Below, in pieces: positions 47,744 through 57,686 of a stretch of DNA of 64,000 nucleotides; position 1 is the first letter of the stretch; every line of letters starts with the position of its first letter. Source of the DNA: an uncultured Lentimicrobiaceae bacterium (GTDB lineage: Bacteria > Bacteroidota > Bacteroidia > Bacteroidales > F082); assembly GCA_964592595.1 (NCBI GenBank), contig CAZQFH010000006.1, positions 3,919-67,918 of the forward strand, in the 5' to 3' direction. The translations under genes were made by a program, and so were the position numbers. The notes beneath the pieces were generated by a model, which searched no databases, was not told the origin of the DNA, and saw nothing but the letters and a program-made list of their open reading frames with translations.

Positions 47744-49843
47744 TTATTTCAGCCACTTATCGAGCCAGTTAAAGAAACGCCGCTGCCAGAGGATCCCATT
47801 TTGTGGTTTGAGCACCCAATGGTTTTCATCCGGAAAGTAGAGGTATTCGGCAGGGATATCGCGCAAAACAGCAGCATTAAAAGCCTGCATGCCTTGTGAA
47901 GCCACGATGCGGTAATCTAATTCGCCATGAACAACCATGATTGGAGTATCCCAGTTTTGTACAAAACGGTGTGGTGAGTTGGCATAAGACCATTGTGCCA
48001 CAGGATTGTCTTTATCCCAATACGGACCACCCAAATCCCAATTTACAAACCACATTTCCTCGGTTTCAAGGTATTGGGCTTCCAGGTTAAACATGCCATC
48101 ATGTGCTATAAAGGCTTTGAAGCGATTGTCGTGATTTCCTGCCAACCAAAAAACCGAAAATCCTCCATAGCTTGCTCCAACGGCTCCAAGTTTGTCTTCG
48201 TCAATAAAAGGTTCTTTGGCCAGTTCGTCGATTGCGGCGAGATAGTCACGCATATTTTGCCCGCCATAGTCGCCACTAATCTGTTCGTTCCATTCCTGGC
48301 CAAAGCCCGGCAGGCCACGACGGTTGGGAGCAACGATGATGTAATCATTGGCAGCCATCATCTGGAAATTCCAGCGATACGACCAAAACTGACTTACAGT
48401 GCTTTGCGGGCCACCCTGACAGTAAAGCAAAGCCGGATACTTTTTATTGGGATCAAAATGAGGCGGATAAATCACCCAGGTGAGCATTTGCTTGCCATCT
48501 GATGTTTCGATCCAGCGTTCTTCAACTGTCCCCATGGTCAGCTGATCGAGGATAGGTTTATTCACGTAGGTGAGCTGTGTTTGATTACCACTTGCTTCAT
48601 CAACCTGAAAAATTTCAATGGGACTCGACATCGACATGCGTGTCGCAATGAGGTGATCTCCGGCAGGAATCAAACCAGTGTAACTGTGGACGCCATCAGT
48701 AATTTTTTGGATTGTTCCAGCGTTTATGGTTAGGCTATATAGCTGATCCAAAGCGTGGTAGTTGCTGGTGAAATAAATTTTTGATCCATCCTCCGACCAT
48801 TTTAGGCCATGTACATTCTGATCAAAATTTTCAGTGAAATCGGTAACTGTTCCGGTTTTTAGGTTTTTTACCATTAGCCTTACTTTATCTGCCTCAAAGC
48901 CATCGCGTTCCATGCTTTCCCAAGCCAGTAAATTTCCGTCGGGAGAAAAAACCGGAGCCAGGTCGTAGCCCATCATGCCTTCTACAAGATTAGCAGTGGT
49001 ATTCGTTTCAAGGTTATACTGATAGATATCCGCATTGGTTGATAAGCTGTATGCTTTTCCTTCCTTTTTTCTGGAACAGTAAACGACAGATTTAGAATCA
49101 GGTGCCCAACTGATTTGCTCCATTCCGCCAAAGGGTCGGAGAGGAGTTTCCCAGGCTTCGTCAGGCATCAGGTCAATCGGATTATTGATTGAAGAACCAT
49201 CATAATCTGCTACAAAAACATGGCTGTAGGTATCTACCCACTGATCCCAATGGCGATACATCAAGTCATTGTTGATGCGGCCTGTTGTGAGCGGAAGATC
49301 AGGATAAATATCTTGTGTTGAGGGTTTTAGTTTAACTTCGGCTGTAAATAGGATTTTAGATTGATCAGGAGCATATTCAAAACCTGTGATACCGCCTTCG
49401 ATACTGGAAATCTGCATTCTGCCAGTGCCATCAGGATTCATTTCCCAAAGCTGCATGCTGCCGGATTGTGCAGATAGAAAACCAATTTTTTTTCCCTTAG
49501 GTTGCCAGCGCGGATTGTATTCGCCTACTGATGTATGCGTTAGCTGTATTGATTCAGCAGAGGCTAAATCAATAAGGTATAGCTCGGTATTGCCTTTGTT
49601 TTGTTCGATACTGTAATAGGTGAGGCTATACAGCAATTTTGTTTTGTCGGGTGAAAGAACGGTTTCGCCGATGCGCCCCAGCGACCAAAGGACTTCAGGA
49701 CTCATTTTATCAGAGCTGAGTGAAAGGGATGCCGCGCCAATAGGTTCATTCATTTTCTGCTGTTCTTGATTCATCCGCAATTCACAGGCTGTTGCGAAAG
49801 TAATTAGTAGCATTAAAATCAAAATGTTACGTGGTTTTTGCAT
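47744..49843 (-). CDS. S9 family serine peptidase (prolyl oligopeptidase / dipeptidyl-peptidase type) with N-terminal beta-propeller
   Basis: Lipobox FATAC|E. Catalytic GASYGG, then HGELDYR and DENHW, complete a Ser-Asp-His triad. Confidence 0.85.
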   Translation of the reverse strand: MQKPRNILILMLLITFATACELRMNQEQQKMNEPIGAASLSLSSDKMSPEVLWSLGRIGETVLSPDKTKLLYSLTYYSIEQNKGNTELYLIDLASAESIQLTHTSVGEYNPRWQPKGKKIGFLSAQSGSMQLWEMNPDGTGRMQISSIEGGITGFEYAPDQSKILFTAEVKLKPSTQDIYPDLPLTTGRINNDLMYRHWDQWVDTYSHVFVADYDGSSINNPIDLMPDEAWETPLRPFGGMEQISWAPDSKSVVYCSRKKEGKAYSLSTNADIYQYNLETNTTANLVEGMMGYDLAPVFSPDGNLLAWESMERDGFEADKVRLMVKNLKTGTVTDFTENFDQNVHGLKWSEDGSKIYFTSNYHALDQLYSLTINAGTIQKITDGVHSYTGLIPAGDHLIATRMSMSSPIEIFQVDEASGNQTQLTYVNKPILDQLTMGTVEERWIETSDGKQMLTWVIYPPHFDPNKKYPALLYCQGGPQSTVSQFWSYRWNFQMMAANDYIIVAPNRRGLPGFGQEWNEQISGDYGGQNMRDYLAAIDELAKEPFIDEDKLGAVGASYGGFSVFWLAGNHDNRFKAFIAHDGMFNLEAQYLETEEMWFVNWDLGGPYWDKDNPVAQWSYANSPHRFVQNWDTPIMVVHGELDYRIVASQGMQAFNAAVLRDIPAEYLYFPDENHWVLKPQNGILWQRRFFNWLDKWLK

Positions 49844-49892
49844 AGGTATAAGAGGTTAATTAAGGCTTAAAAGTACCGATTTTAATTTAATT

Positions 49893-52070
49893 CTAATCTG
49901 CTAATTCAAAAATTACAGGGAAACCATACAGTATTTGTGATTCCGAAACTGCAATTTTTTCCCATTCCTTCGATACTTTTCCATCTAATTTTAACTGCTG
50001 TTTTGCCCTTCGGAAAATACGATGTTTGATAACTAATGATTCTTCGGGATTTCTGTCGTGATGCAACCATGCCACAACATAAACTTTCTTATTTAAAAGG
50101 TTATGGAAGCGGTAAATGCTATGTGTTTCCTTTTCTTCTACTACTTCTGTAAGCGTTGCATTTCCTAAAACATGCATTAGTTTTTCGAAAGCAAAATAGG
50201 ATGGTTTGGGTTCAAAGTTGTGCTTTGAAGAAGCTGTAAGTCCACTGCGGCTGTGAAAATATGAGTCGGTGTTTTCGTTAGCGTAAAAATACCAATAAAC
50301 GCGATCAGCACCTTCACGCAGCATTTTTAGGGTTGCCCGCAATCCCCAGGCAGCCTGTTTGTCGGCACTGATGCAATTGCTGTGGGTGCAGCTTTCGCCT
50401 GCTCCATCACTGTCGTAGCCAAATTCTGTTACCCACACTGATGCATCTGAAGCAAAGCGATCGCGGTACCGAAGCAAATTTCTTAAAGCGTTTATCGGTG
50501 ACAAAAGGTTTTCGGGCGGCAATGCGACAAGGTTTCCAAGGCTGTCGTTAGCATAAGAATAAAGGTGAACATTGAGTGCATCCGATTGCGCTAACATAGC
50601 TGTTGTCGTAAAATCAGGAAGGTAATTATTTTGATCATCATAGGCATGCTGCCGAAATGTTGCTTGAAAAGCTGCCGGAAGGCGCAAAATGTTAGTATTT
50701 GCATCCTTAAAGCCTTGCATCATGCCATTGCCAAGTTTTTGGTAAAATGTTGGTTCATAGTCCCAGGGTTCATTACCTGCCTCAACGGCTTCGGCAAGTT
50801 TCCTAGTGCCAAAATGTGTAGCAAATTCGCGACCAATGGCATAAGCTTCTGCTTCAGGTTGCTGCCAAGCCTTTTCAGGGAAAGTGCTGTTTTTAAATAA
50901 GATAGTTGAAAGTATATTGAATCCTTGTGTCTTTAAAAAGCCATATTCCCGATCCCAGTCGAGCCACCAGTTTGCAGCAGTTCCATTCACATCCATCGAT
51001 TCATAAGCAGCTGAAATACCAGGCTTTGGAATATCCCAATAGAGGTAATGGTAAAGTCTGAGTTTTTTGAAAATGCCGCTGAATTGCTGCCAACCCTTGC
51101 TATTGTTGATCTGATCGCTATATTGTTGCTGACCCCATCCCCAAACCATATTCAAACCAATCCGATTGATAAGCGGTTCGGTGGACAGTTTAAAGCTGAC
51201 AGCTGCTCCATAAGGCCCGAATTCATCAAAAAGTTTCAGTTCCCACAAAACGGCTTTGGAATAATCGGTATTAGGGAGATTGAAACGAACTTTGAAATAC
51301 TGAATGGCTGTTTGCTGATTCAAAATTAGAGGAATCATTCCTATCGCAATGGGATTTGCCTTTCCAAGCAAATTCCATTCTTTACCGTTTTGAGAACCTA
51401 GATATTGGATGCTTTCGATTTTTCCGCTATTGAAATGACGGCTGTAGATTTGTCCTAACGCTACTGTTTGCTTTAAGTCTATCGTGAAATCAACAAATGG
51501 CTTTTGGCTAAGGCAAGCCACTTCAAACAACTGAAAAGAGGCGGTGCTCTCCAAATTTATTTGCGTGATATATTTGCTATTATCTGGAAATAAAGCCTCC
51601 AGGCTATATTGCTTTTCCGGAATGATGTCCAGGTTAGTAAGGCTTCCATCAGTATAAATGACAGCTATTTTCACGATTTTGCTGTTACCTAATTTGATGC
51701 TGATGCGATGCGACTTCGTGGCTTCTGAAAGCTTTATCTGATGAAGATAAATTGATTGCTGCCCTTTTTTATTGATATTTATTGCTGTGTTGAGATCCGC
51801 ATCAGTTGCTTCATCGGAATAACGTATTAAGTTGCGTGCTGCTTTGGGATGAAACGCATTTAATTCGTGATTATAAATATATTTCTCGGGCAAGGGAGCA
51901 TCGGATTCCCAAAAGGTGTGGATGTTTTGATCGATTGCCTGCTTAGGAGCTATTCCCTGTGTGGTTTGAATTACGGCCTGTTGAGCATAATCTTTTGGGA
52001 GAAAATCTTCTGTTTGAGCAAAAAGTTGTGCTGTAAAAAACAACAAAGCGGGAAAATTAAGCCATTTCAT
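49893..52070 (-). CDS. secreted clan GH-A-like glycoside hydrolase with an N-terminal discoidin-like region
   Basis: Signal peptide MKWLNFPALLFFTAQLFAQ (ATG 52070). Candidate acid/base EAGNEPW and nucleophile VWVTEFGYD motifs. The N-terminal region has AIDQNIHTFWES, which is F5/8 type C-like. Confidence 0.55.
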   Translation of the reverse strand: MKWLNFPALLFFTAQLFAQTEDFLPKDYAQQAVIQTTQGIAPKQAIDQNIHTFWESDAPLPEKYIYNHELNAFHPKAARNLIRYSDEATDADLNTAININKKGQQSIYLHQIKLSEATKSHRISIKLGNSKIVKIAVIYTDGSLTNLDIIPEKQYSLEALFPDNSKYITQINLESTASFQLFEVACLSQKPFVDFTIDLKQTVALGQIYSRHFNSGKIESIQYLGSQNGKEWNLLGKANPIAIGMIPLILNQQTAIQYFKVRFNLPNTDYSKAVLWELKLFDEFGPYGAAVSFKLSTEPLINRIGLNMVWGWGQQQYSDQINNSKGWQQFSGIFKKLRLYHYLYWDIPKPGISAAYESMDVNGTAANWWLDWDREYGFLKTQGFNILSTILFKNSTFPEKAWQQPEAEAYAIGREFATHFGTRKLAEAVEAGNEPWDYEPTFYQKLGNGMMQGFKDANTNILRLPAAFQATFRQHAYDDQNNYLPDFTTTAMLAQSDALNVHLYSYANDSLGNLVALPPENLLSPINALRNLLRYRDRFASDASVWVTEFGYDSDGAGESCTHSNCISADKQAAWGLRATLKMLREGADRVYWYFYANENTDSYFHSRSGLTASSKHNFEPKPSYFAFEKLMHVLGNATLTEVVEEKETHSIYRFHNLLNKKVYVVAWLHHDRNPEESLVIKHRIFRRAKQQLKLDGKVSKEWEKIAVSESQILYGFPVIFELAD

Positions 52071-52138
52071 AGCAGAAATTTGGGCTTGCAAAATAAGCAA
52101 AAAAAGTCTGCCAGGTAAAAACTGACAGACTTTGTGTG

Positions 52139-52212
52139 TAGCGAGACCGAGAGTTGAACTCGGGACCTCCGGGTTATGAATCCGACGCTCTAACCATCTG
52201 AGCTATCTCGCC
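52139..52212 (-). tRNA. tRNA with CAU anticodon (Met; could be Ile2 if lysidine-modified)
   Basis: The reverse complement GGCGAGATAGCTCAGATGGTTAGAGCGTCGGATTCATAACCCGGAGGTCCCGAGTTCAACTCTCGGTCTCGCTA folds as a cloverleaf. The anticodon loop TTCATAA has U33 and A37. G1-U72 and A31-C39 are non-canonical pairs. CCA is not encoded. Confidence 0.85.
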
Positions 52213-52226
52213 ATAATTTTGAGGTG

Positions 52227-52234
52227 CAAAAGTA
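52227..52234 (-). promoter_or_regulatory. Bacteroidota-type -7 promoter box for the tRNA gene
   Basis: Minus-strand TACTTTTG lies 15 nt upstream of the tRNA 5' end. Confidence 0.45.
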
Positions 52235-52759
52235 ATATATTCCTAATAAATGACAAGAAAATCGGGAAAGATTTTTGCATTATAGCATAGAATTCGAAGG
52301 TGAGTGGTTGATCGAAAACTGTGTCAGCATGAAATTCTTTAAAATAAAACAATGTTTTCTGACATAATTTATACGTAAACACTCATTCGTCTAAACTAAC
52401 TCATTCATTTAACAGATCAACTGACATATTAAATCAAAAATACAAAGGATATTTAGCAGATTTAAATCCAGGAAATTATCAAATGGCCTTTACAGAGTTT
52501 ATCTAACGGATGACCAGATTGAAGATTGTCATACAAAGTAACTAAGCTCAGACAACTAATTGTATTTAAAACGATAAGTGTAATCACTTAAGAGGTAGTC
52601 AGCGCTATTCCTACATTGTATTGATTATTAGTAATCTAATAATTTCGAAGCAAGAATTATAAATTACACTGTAGGCTTTTGCTTAAAAATACCATCAATT
52701 AATTCACGAAATAAATTTACTTTTACGGCATTCAATCAATATTTATCTTAAAGATTTTA

Positions 52760-54904
52760 ATGAAACTTCAGGCTTCGATTTATCGCAATGGTATTGTCAT
52801 ACTCTTACTTAATGTACTAACAACCAATATTTTAGGTATAAATAACGATAATACCTACAAATCTGACTCCATAGAAATTTCAAGATGGGCAAAACCAATC
52901 CGGGATTCAATTTTTACAAATCCTTATATCGTAATTCCGTGGATGGATTCCCTGAAGGATTTTTCAAATTCCAGTCAAAATAATTATATCAAGTATACTT
53001 ATAACAGCCTGAAAGCCAATTTTTTTTGGGCTACGATCCGCTATGATTCTGCCAGAATTTATTATCATCGCGCTTTGCAGAATGCAGAAAAAGGCAATTT
53101 AGATAAGCCCATTATCAACGCCTTAGGAAATTTGGGAATTTTATTTAATTTTTTGGACGACTTTGATTCTTCTTCGTATTACTATTCGAAAGCAGCTCAA
53201 CTGGCAAAATCAAAACAATTTTATGAACTGTATATAAGAAATATAATCAATTACAGTAATATATTTACCCAGCAAGGAGATTTTGCAGAATCCATTGCCA
53301 TGTTGACTGAAGCCGAACAAATGAGCAGTGAAATGAACAACGGTGAGCTTGATGCTATGTTAGCTTCGGCAACGGCAACCGTTTATTATTCGCTTGGGGA
53401 TATTAAACAAATGCATAAATATTATCACAAAGCAATTGATCATTATAAAGTTACCCAAAATCAATCAGTTTTAGCAACACTTTATATGAACATAGCAGAA
53501 TCCTTTTCGAGCTTGGCTAATAATTATGATTCGGCTGTTTACTACTTTGATCGAGCATTAGCCATAAGTAATGAGCGAAACCGGTCAAATATTTTAAATG
53601 TAATCGATATTACAAAAGGTAATCTCCACTACGATGCCGGCAGATATGACTCGGCTGAAGTGCGCTATTTGAGAGCAATTCAGAATCCGCTGGCCGAAAA
53701 ACACCTTAGACGAAAGACTGCACTTCATGTTAATTTGGCGAATGTGTATCGACAAACGAAGTCCTATGATAAAGCAATGAAGTATTATACAATTGGGGAG
53801 CACTTTGCAGATTCACTCAATTTTATTGAATACCACATGAATGCCTTGCTAGGCATGATGCTAATTGACAGTGCTTTAGGTGATTTCGAACAAGCTTACA
53901 ACCGAAACCGTCGGTATCAGCGCTTGAAGGATGTCTTAAATAAAGACGAAAGCATTAATGATTTAAAAGCCATGGAAGTGGAGCGTGCACTTGAATTACA
54001 AAAGCTTAGAAATGAACTGCTTGAGACTGAAAATAGCTTGCAGCACAATCAACTCAAAAATCAACAAATTTTAGGGGTTTTGATACTGTTGGCCTTTATC
54101 AGCTCTCTGATCTTTACTGTTGTGCAAATACGCAATATCAAAAAAATCAGGACTTTAAATAAGTTGCTTAATCGCAATTTACTGAAGCTTGATCAACAAA
54201 AAAGTGCACTTGAAAAAGCAAATCAGGCCAAGGATAAATTCTTCGCCATATTAAGTCATGATTTACGCGGGCCTTCAGCAACGCTTCGAACCGGTTTAGA
54301 AATGCTTAAAAATGAATGGTCTGAATTTACGGAAGTGGAAAAAACTAATTTAATCCAACAGCTTGATAATATGGCAGATAACACACATTCATTGCTTGAA
54401 GATCTGCTTGAATGGAGTCAATTGCAGCAAAATAGGTTGCAAGTGGTCGAATCAAAATTTCGGTTATCGGACATTGTCGAGGAAATTGAATTATTGTTTT
54501 ACATGGCTTTTACTCAAAAACAACAAAGCTTTAAAACAGCAATTAAACCTGAAACTGTGTTGAATACTGACTTTAAAATATTAAAACAAATACTTCATAA
54601 TCTGGTAAATAACGCCATAAAATTTACGCCTCGTGGTGGGACAATAAGCATTGAAGCAATAGATTCTACTTCGGAATTAACTATTTGTGTAAAAGACTCT
54701 GGAATTGGTATTCCTCCTGAAAAGCTGCATCGCTTGTTTGAACTGGATGCTGATTTTGGCAGACCAGGAACAGAAGGAGAAAAAAGTTCTGGTATGGGAC
54801 TTATTCTCTGCAAAGATTATGCAATGCTGCTGGGTGCCAGTTTAAAAGTGGAATCTGAACAGGAAAAGGGAAGTACGTTTAGTATTCAGTTTTCTAAAAG
54901 TTAA
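52760..54904 (+). CDS. TPR-repeat sensor histidine kinase (orphan; same architecture as 3622-5784)
   Basis: N-terminal hydrophobic segment, TPR-like repeats, coiled coil, TM (ILGVLILLAFISSLIFTVV), H-box AILSHDLRGPSA, N-box LHNLVNNAIKF, and G-boxes DSGIGI and SGMGL. Confidence 0.85.
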   Translation: MKLQASIYRNGIVILLLNVLTTNILGINNDNTYKSDSIEISRWAKPIRDSIFTNPYIVIPWMDSLKDFSNSSQNNYIKYTYNSLKANFFWATIRYDSARIYYHRALQNAEKGNLDKPIINALGNLGILFNFLDDFDSSSYYYSKAAQLAKSKQFYELYIRNIINYSNIFTQQGDFAESIAMLTEAEQMSSEMNNGELDAMLASATATVYYSLGDIKQMHKYYHKAIDHYKVTQNQSVLATLYMNIAESFSSLANNYDSAVYYFDRALAISNERNRSNILNVIDITKGNLHYDAGRYDSAEVRYLRAIQNPLAEKHLRRKTALHVNLANVYRQTKSYDKAMKYYTIGEHFADSLNFIEYHMNALLGMMLIDSALGDFEQAYNRNRRYQRLKDVLNKDESINDLKAMEVERALELQKLRNELLETENSLQHNQLKNQQILGVLILLAFISSLIFTVVQIRNIKKIRTLNKLLNRNLLKLDQQKSALEKANQAKDKFFAILSHDLRGPSATLRTGLEMLKNEWSEFTEVEKTNLIQQLDNMADNTHSLLEDLLEWSQLQQNRLQVVESKFRLSDIVEEIELLFYMAFTQKQQSFKTAIKPETVLNTDFKILKQILHNLVNNAIKFTPRGGTISIEAIDSTSELTICVKDSGIGIPPEKLHRLFELDADFGRPGTEGEKSSGMGLILCKDYAMLLGASLKVESEQEKGSTFSIQFSKS

Positions 54905-54968
54905 AAACTGACAAGGATTAAAAACATTTCATCAACGGATAGTTTTTCTGCTAAAAAATTAACAGAAA

Positions 54969-54998
54969 CTAAAATATTCAGAAATTTTAGCTTTTTTT
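54969..54998 (+). terminator. possible weak terminator after the histidine kinase gene
   Basis: CTAAAAT-(8 nt)-ATTTTAG hairpin (all A/U pairs except one) followed by CTTTTTTT. Confidence 0.3.
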
Positions 54999-55012
54999 AC
55001 GTATAGAATTAT

Positions 55013-55020
55013 TAATTTTG
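55013..55020 (+). promoter_or_regulatory. Bacteroidota-type -7 promoter box
   Basis: TAATTTTG lies 33 nt upstream of ATG 55053. Confidence 0.4.
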
Positions 55021-55052
55021 TTGGCGTCAAAATTAATTTAACTCAATTAAAA

Positions 55053-55520
55053 ATGCTTACCACAATGCGAAACATAGTTTTTATTTTTGTCATGTTTTTT
55101 GGGTTTAGCCTAATAAGTATGGCACAATCTGAAGTAAAGAAAACCACAAATGGTCCGGAAATCACATTTGAAGAAACCGTTTTTGATTATGGTGAAATCA
55201 TGTTAAATGGTGATGGAACACATGAGTTTGAGTTTACAAACACTGGTAATGAGCCACTTATACTTTCGCGCCCGCGTTCGTCCTGTGGCTGCACAGTACC
55301 AACTTGGCCACGCCAACCCATTTTGCCAGGTGATAAAGAAAAGATAAAGGTAACTTACAATACCAATAGAGCTGGTGCTTTTAATAAATCGGTAACAATA
55401 CTTTCGAATGCTAAAAATTCGAGTAGTTTAGTTTTGCGCATCAAGGGTAAGGTAGTTTCTGCACCTGCAGAGGCTATGCCAGCAAAAGCTGAAAACACCG
55501 GAGCTCCGGTTAATAAGTAA
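55053..55520 (+). CDS. DUF1573 domain-containing protein
   Basis: Signal peptide, then FEETVFDYGEI...HEFEFTNTGNEPLILS...SCGCTVPTWPRQPILPG, characteristic of DUF1573. Confidence 0.8.
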   Translation: MLTTMRNIVFIFVMFFGFSLISMAQSEVKKTTNGPEITFEETVFDYGEIMLNGDGTHEFEFTNTGNEPLILSRPRSSCGCTVPTWPRQPILPGDKEKIKVTYNTNRAGAFNKSVTILSNAKNSSSLVLRIKGKVVSAPAEAMPAKAENTGAPVNK

Positions 55521-55548
55521 GAGGTATCTTAGAGTTGAATATCATTTT

Positions 55549-55574
55549 CCCGGTTGGATCCAGCCGGGATTTTT
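55549..55574 (+). terminator. rho-independent terminator
   Basis: CCCGGTT-(GGATCC)-AGCCGGG hairpin followed by ATTTTT. Confidence 0.6.
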
Positions 55575-55599
55575 ACTTCATTTAAAAGTATAACCAAAT

Positions 55600-56799
55600 A
55601 TGCCAAGTATTTCGATCAAAGGCAAGCTAATGCCTGAATCGCCCATCCGAAAACTGGTGCCTTATGCAGAAGAAGCAAAAAAACGTGGCACAAAGGTGTA
55701 TCACCTTAACATCGGTCAACCCGATATTCCAACACCAGAAGTAGCGCTAAATGCCATTCGCAACTTCTCGCAAAAAGTAGTGGCATACAGTCATTCAGCA
55801 GGTGTATTGTCTTACCGCGAAAAGTTGACTACTTATTACAAAAAGCATAATATTCGCATCACTGCAGAGGATATTATCATTGGCGCTGGTGCTTCAGAGG
55901 CTTTACTTTTTGCTTTTCAAACCATTATGGATCCGGGTGATGAAGTAATTATTCCGGAGCCTTTTTATGCCAATTACAATGGCTTTGCCGTGAATGCTGG
56001 AATCAATGTGAAACCCATTTTCAGTGCTATTGAAACGGGTTTTGCCTTACCACCGATTTCAGATTTTGAAAAGGCAATCGGACCAAAAACAAAAGCCATT
56101 TTGGTTTGTAACCCAAATAATCCCACTGGTTATTTATACAATGCTGAAGAACTGGAGGTTTTGCGTCAGCTGGTGATCAAATATGATCTGTATCTTATTG
56201 CTGATGAAGTGTATCGGGAGTTTGTTTACGACGGAAACCAACATTATTCCTGTATGCACCTCAAAGGGATTGATGATAATGTGATTTTAATCGATTCTGT
56301 TTCCAAACGCTATAGTGCTTGCGGTGTGCGTATTGGCTGTATGATTTCTAAAAATCGTGAGGTGATGAAAACAGCACTTAAATTTGCTCAAGCCCGATTA
56401 AGTCCGCCAAGCCTGGGACAGGTTGCTGCAGAAGCCGCGATCGATACCCCCGACAGTTATTTTGAAGAAGTATTGAATGAATACTTGCAACGACGCAATA
56501 CCGTGGTCGAAGCAATCAACAAAATAGCAGGTGCCTATTGCCCGAGTCCAAAAGGGGCATTTTATGTCGTTGCACGCTTGCCTATTGATGATTCTGATAG
56601 ATTTTGTCAATGGTTGCTTGAAGACTTCAACTACGAAAACCAAACCGTTATGTTAGCTCCGGCCAGTGGGTTTTATTCCGGAGCTGGAAAGGGTAAGGAC
56701 GAAGTTCGTATAAGTTATGTACTGAATGTTAACGACTTAAAACATGCAATGAAAGCCCTCGAAGAAGCTTTGAAAGTGTATCCAGGCAGAACCAACTAA
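55600..56799 (+). CDS. pyridoxal phosphate-dependent aminotransferase, class I (aspartate/aromatic type)
   Basis: 399 aa; NPNNPTG, PLP-lysine context SVSKRYSACGVRIG. Confidence 0.85.
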   Translation: MPSISIKGKLMPESPIRKLVPYAEEAKKRGTKVYHLNIGQPDIPTPEVALNAIRNFSQKVVAYSHSAGVLSYREKLTTYYKKHNIRITAEDIIIGAGASEALLFAFQTIMDPGDEVIIPEPFYANYNGFAVNAGINVKPIFSAIETGFALPPISDFEKAIGPKTKAILVCNPNNPTGYLYNAEELEVLRQLVIKYDLYLIADEVYREFVYDGNQHYSCMHLKGIDDNVILIDSVSKRYSACGVRIGCMISKNREVMKTALKFAQARLSPPSLGQVAAEAAIDTPDSYFEEVLNEYLQRRNTVVEAINKIAGAYCPSPKGAFYVVARLPIDDSDRFCQWLLEDFNYENQTVMLAPASGFYSGAGKGKDEVRISYVLNVNDLKHAMKALEEALKVYPGRTN

Positions 56800-56827
56800 C
56801 GCTATTCCTTCCTGGAATCGAACAACA

Positions 56828-56866
56828 CATCCTGTTGCTGATCCGATAGCAGCAGGGTGTTTTTTT
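56828..56866 (+). terminator. rho-independent terminator
   Basis: 12-bp stem CATCCTGTTGCT / AGCAGCAGGGTG (two G-U pairs), 8-nt loop, then T7. Confidence 0.75.
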
Positions 56867-56981
56867 GCTGTCTGAATAGTTTCTATCCGTGAGGTTACTA
56901 TTTGGATACCGGAATAGCATTACAGCAAACTAAAAAGCAGCTTTTTTTATGAAATGGCGGCGATATGTTTAGTTGTTTGTT

Positions 56982-57612
56982 CTAAAGAAATCCCAATCCT
57001 ATAGGTTTTTTAAGCATCCAACCTGTTATACTAAATCTTTCGATATGAGTTGTAAGTACTTCATGTTCAATTTGATCGCTCAAAAAGCAAACCAAAGTAC
57101 CGGCTCGAGGTTCCACAATCACAGGTTCAGCATTTGTTCTATATATAACCAATTCGCCCCCCATGCCAGGTTGCCAAAGTTGATTGAGGTATAAAACGAC
57201 GGAAATTATCCGGTTGCTGCGCTCATTAAATTGATCGAGGTGGCGCTGATAAAAAGTTCCGGCCGGATAAATAGCCATATGCATTTCAATATCCTGCAGA
57301 CCCAAAAAAAAGCTCGCGATTGAGCCCAACTCGCAATGCTGTCATACTTTGCATCCATTCCTGTAAAACAGCTTCCTGAGGATGCCGGCTGATCCAATGG
57401 ATAAAATCACCACGAACATCATTATTAAATTGGAAATCGGCTCCAGCACCAATACCGGCTTTTTTAAATACGGCAGCTTCTTTTGATTTACTAATAGCTT
57501 CATTAAGCCCGCTAACAGCTTGCTGATTGATTGCATCTGGTATTACGAACCATCCTTCATCGGCCAGAGCATCAGCATATTGAGGCAAACCGGCCAAATT
57601 GATCATTTGCAT
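56982..57612 (-). pseudogene. 2OG-Fe(II) oxygenase (prolyl 4-hydroxylase-like) split by a frameshift in a T8 homopolymer
   Basis: ORFs 57286-57612 and 56982-57329 are the N- and C-terminal halves of one protein (...GLNRELFF | LGLQDIEMHMAIYPAGTFYQRHLD...HEV). The frames differ by 1 nt across the A8 run at 57304-57311 (plus strand). Confidence 0.8.
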
Positions 57613-57632
57613 ATATCAATGGGAAAAGTGCG

Positions 57633-57640
57633 CAAATGTA
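57633..57640 (-). promoter_or_regulatory. Bacteroidota-type -7 promoter box
   Basis: Minus-strand TACATTTG lies 20 nt upstream of ATG 57612. Confidence 0.4.
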
Positions 57641-57686
57641 AACCTTCTTTGATTCGGTGATACGTTAACCGGAAAATATTGTATTA

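Noticed and set aside
52139-52759. tRNA gene as an integration hotspot flanking a genomic island
   Set aside because: There is no integrase, no direct repeat of the tRNA 3' end, and no mobile-element genes on either side. The flanking genes are ordinary (a glycosidase and a histidine kinase).
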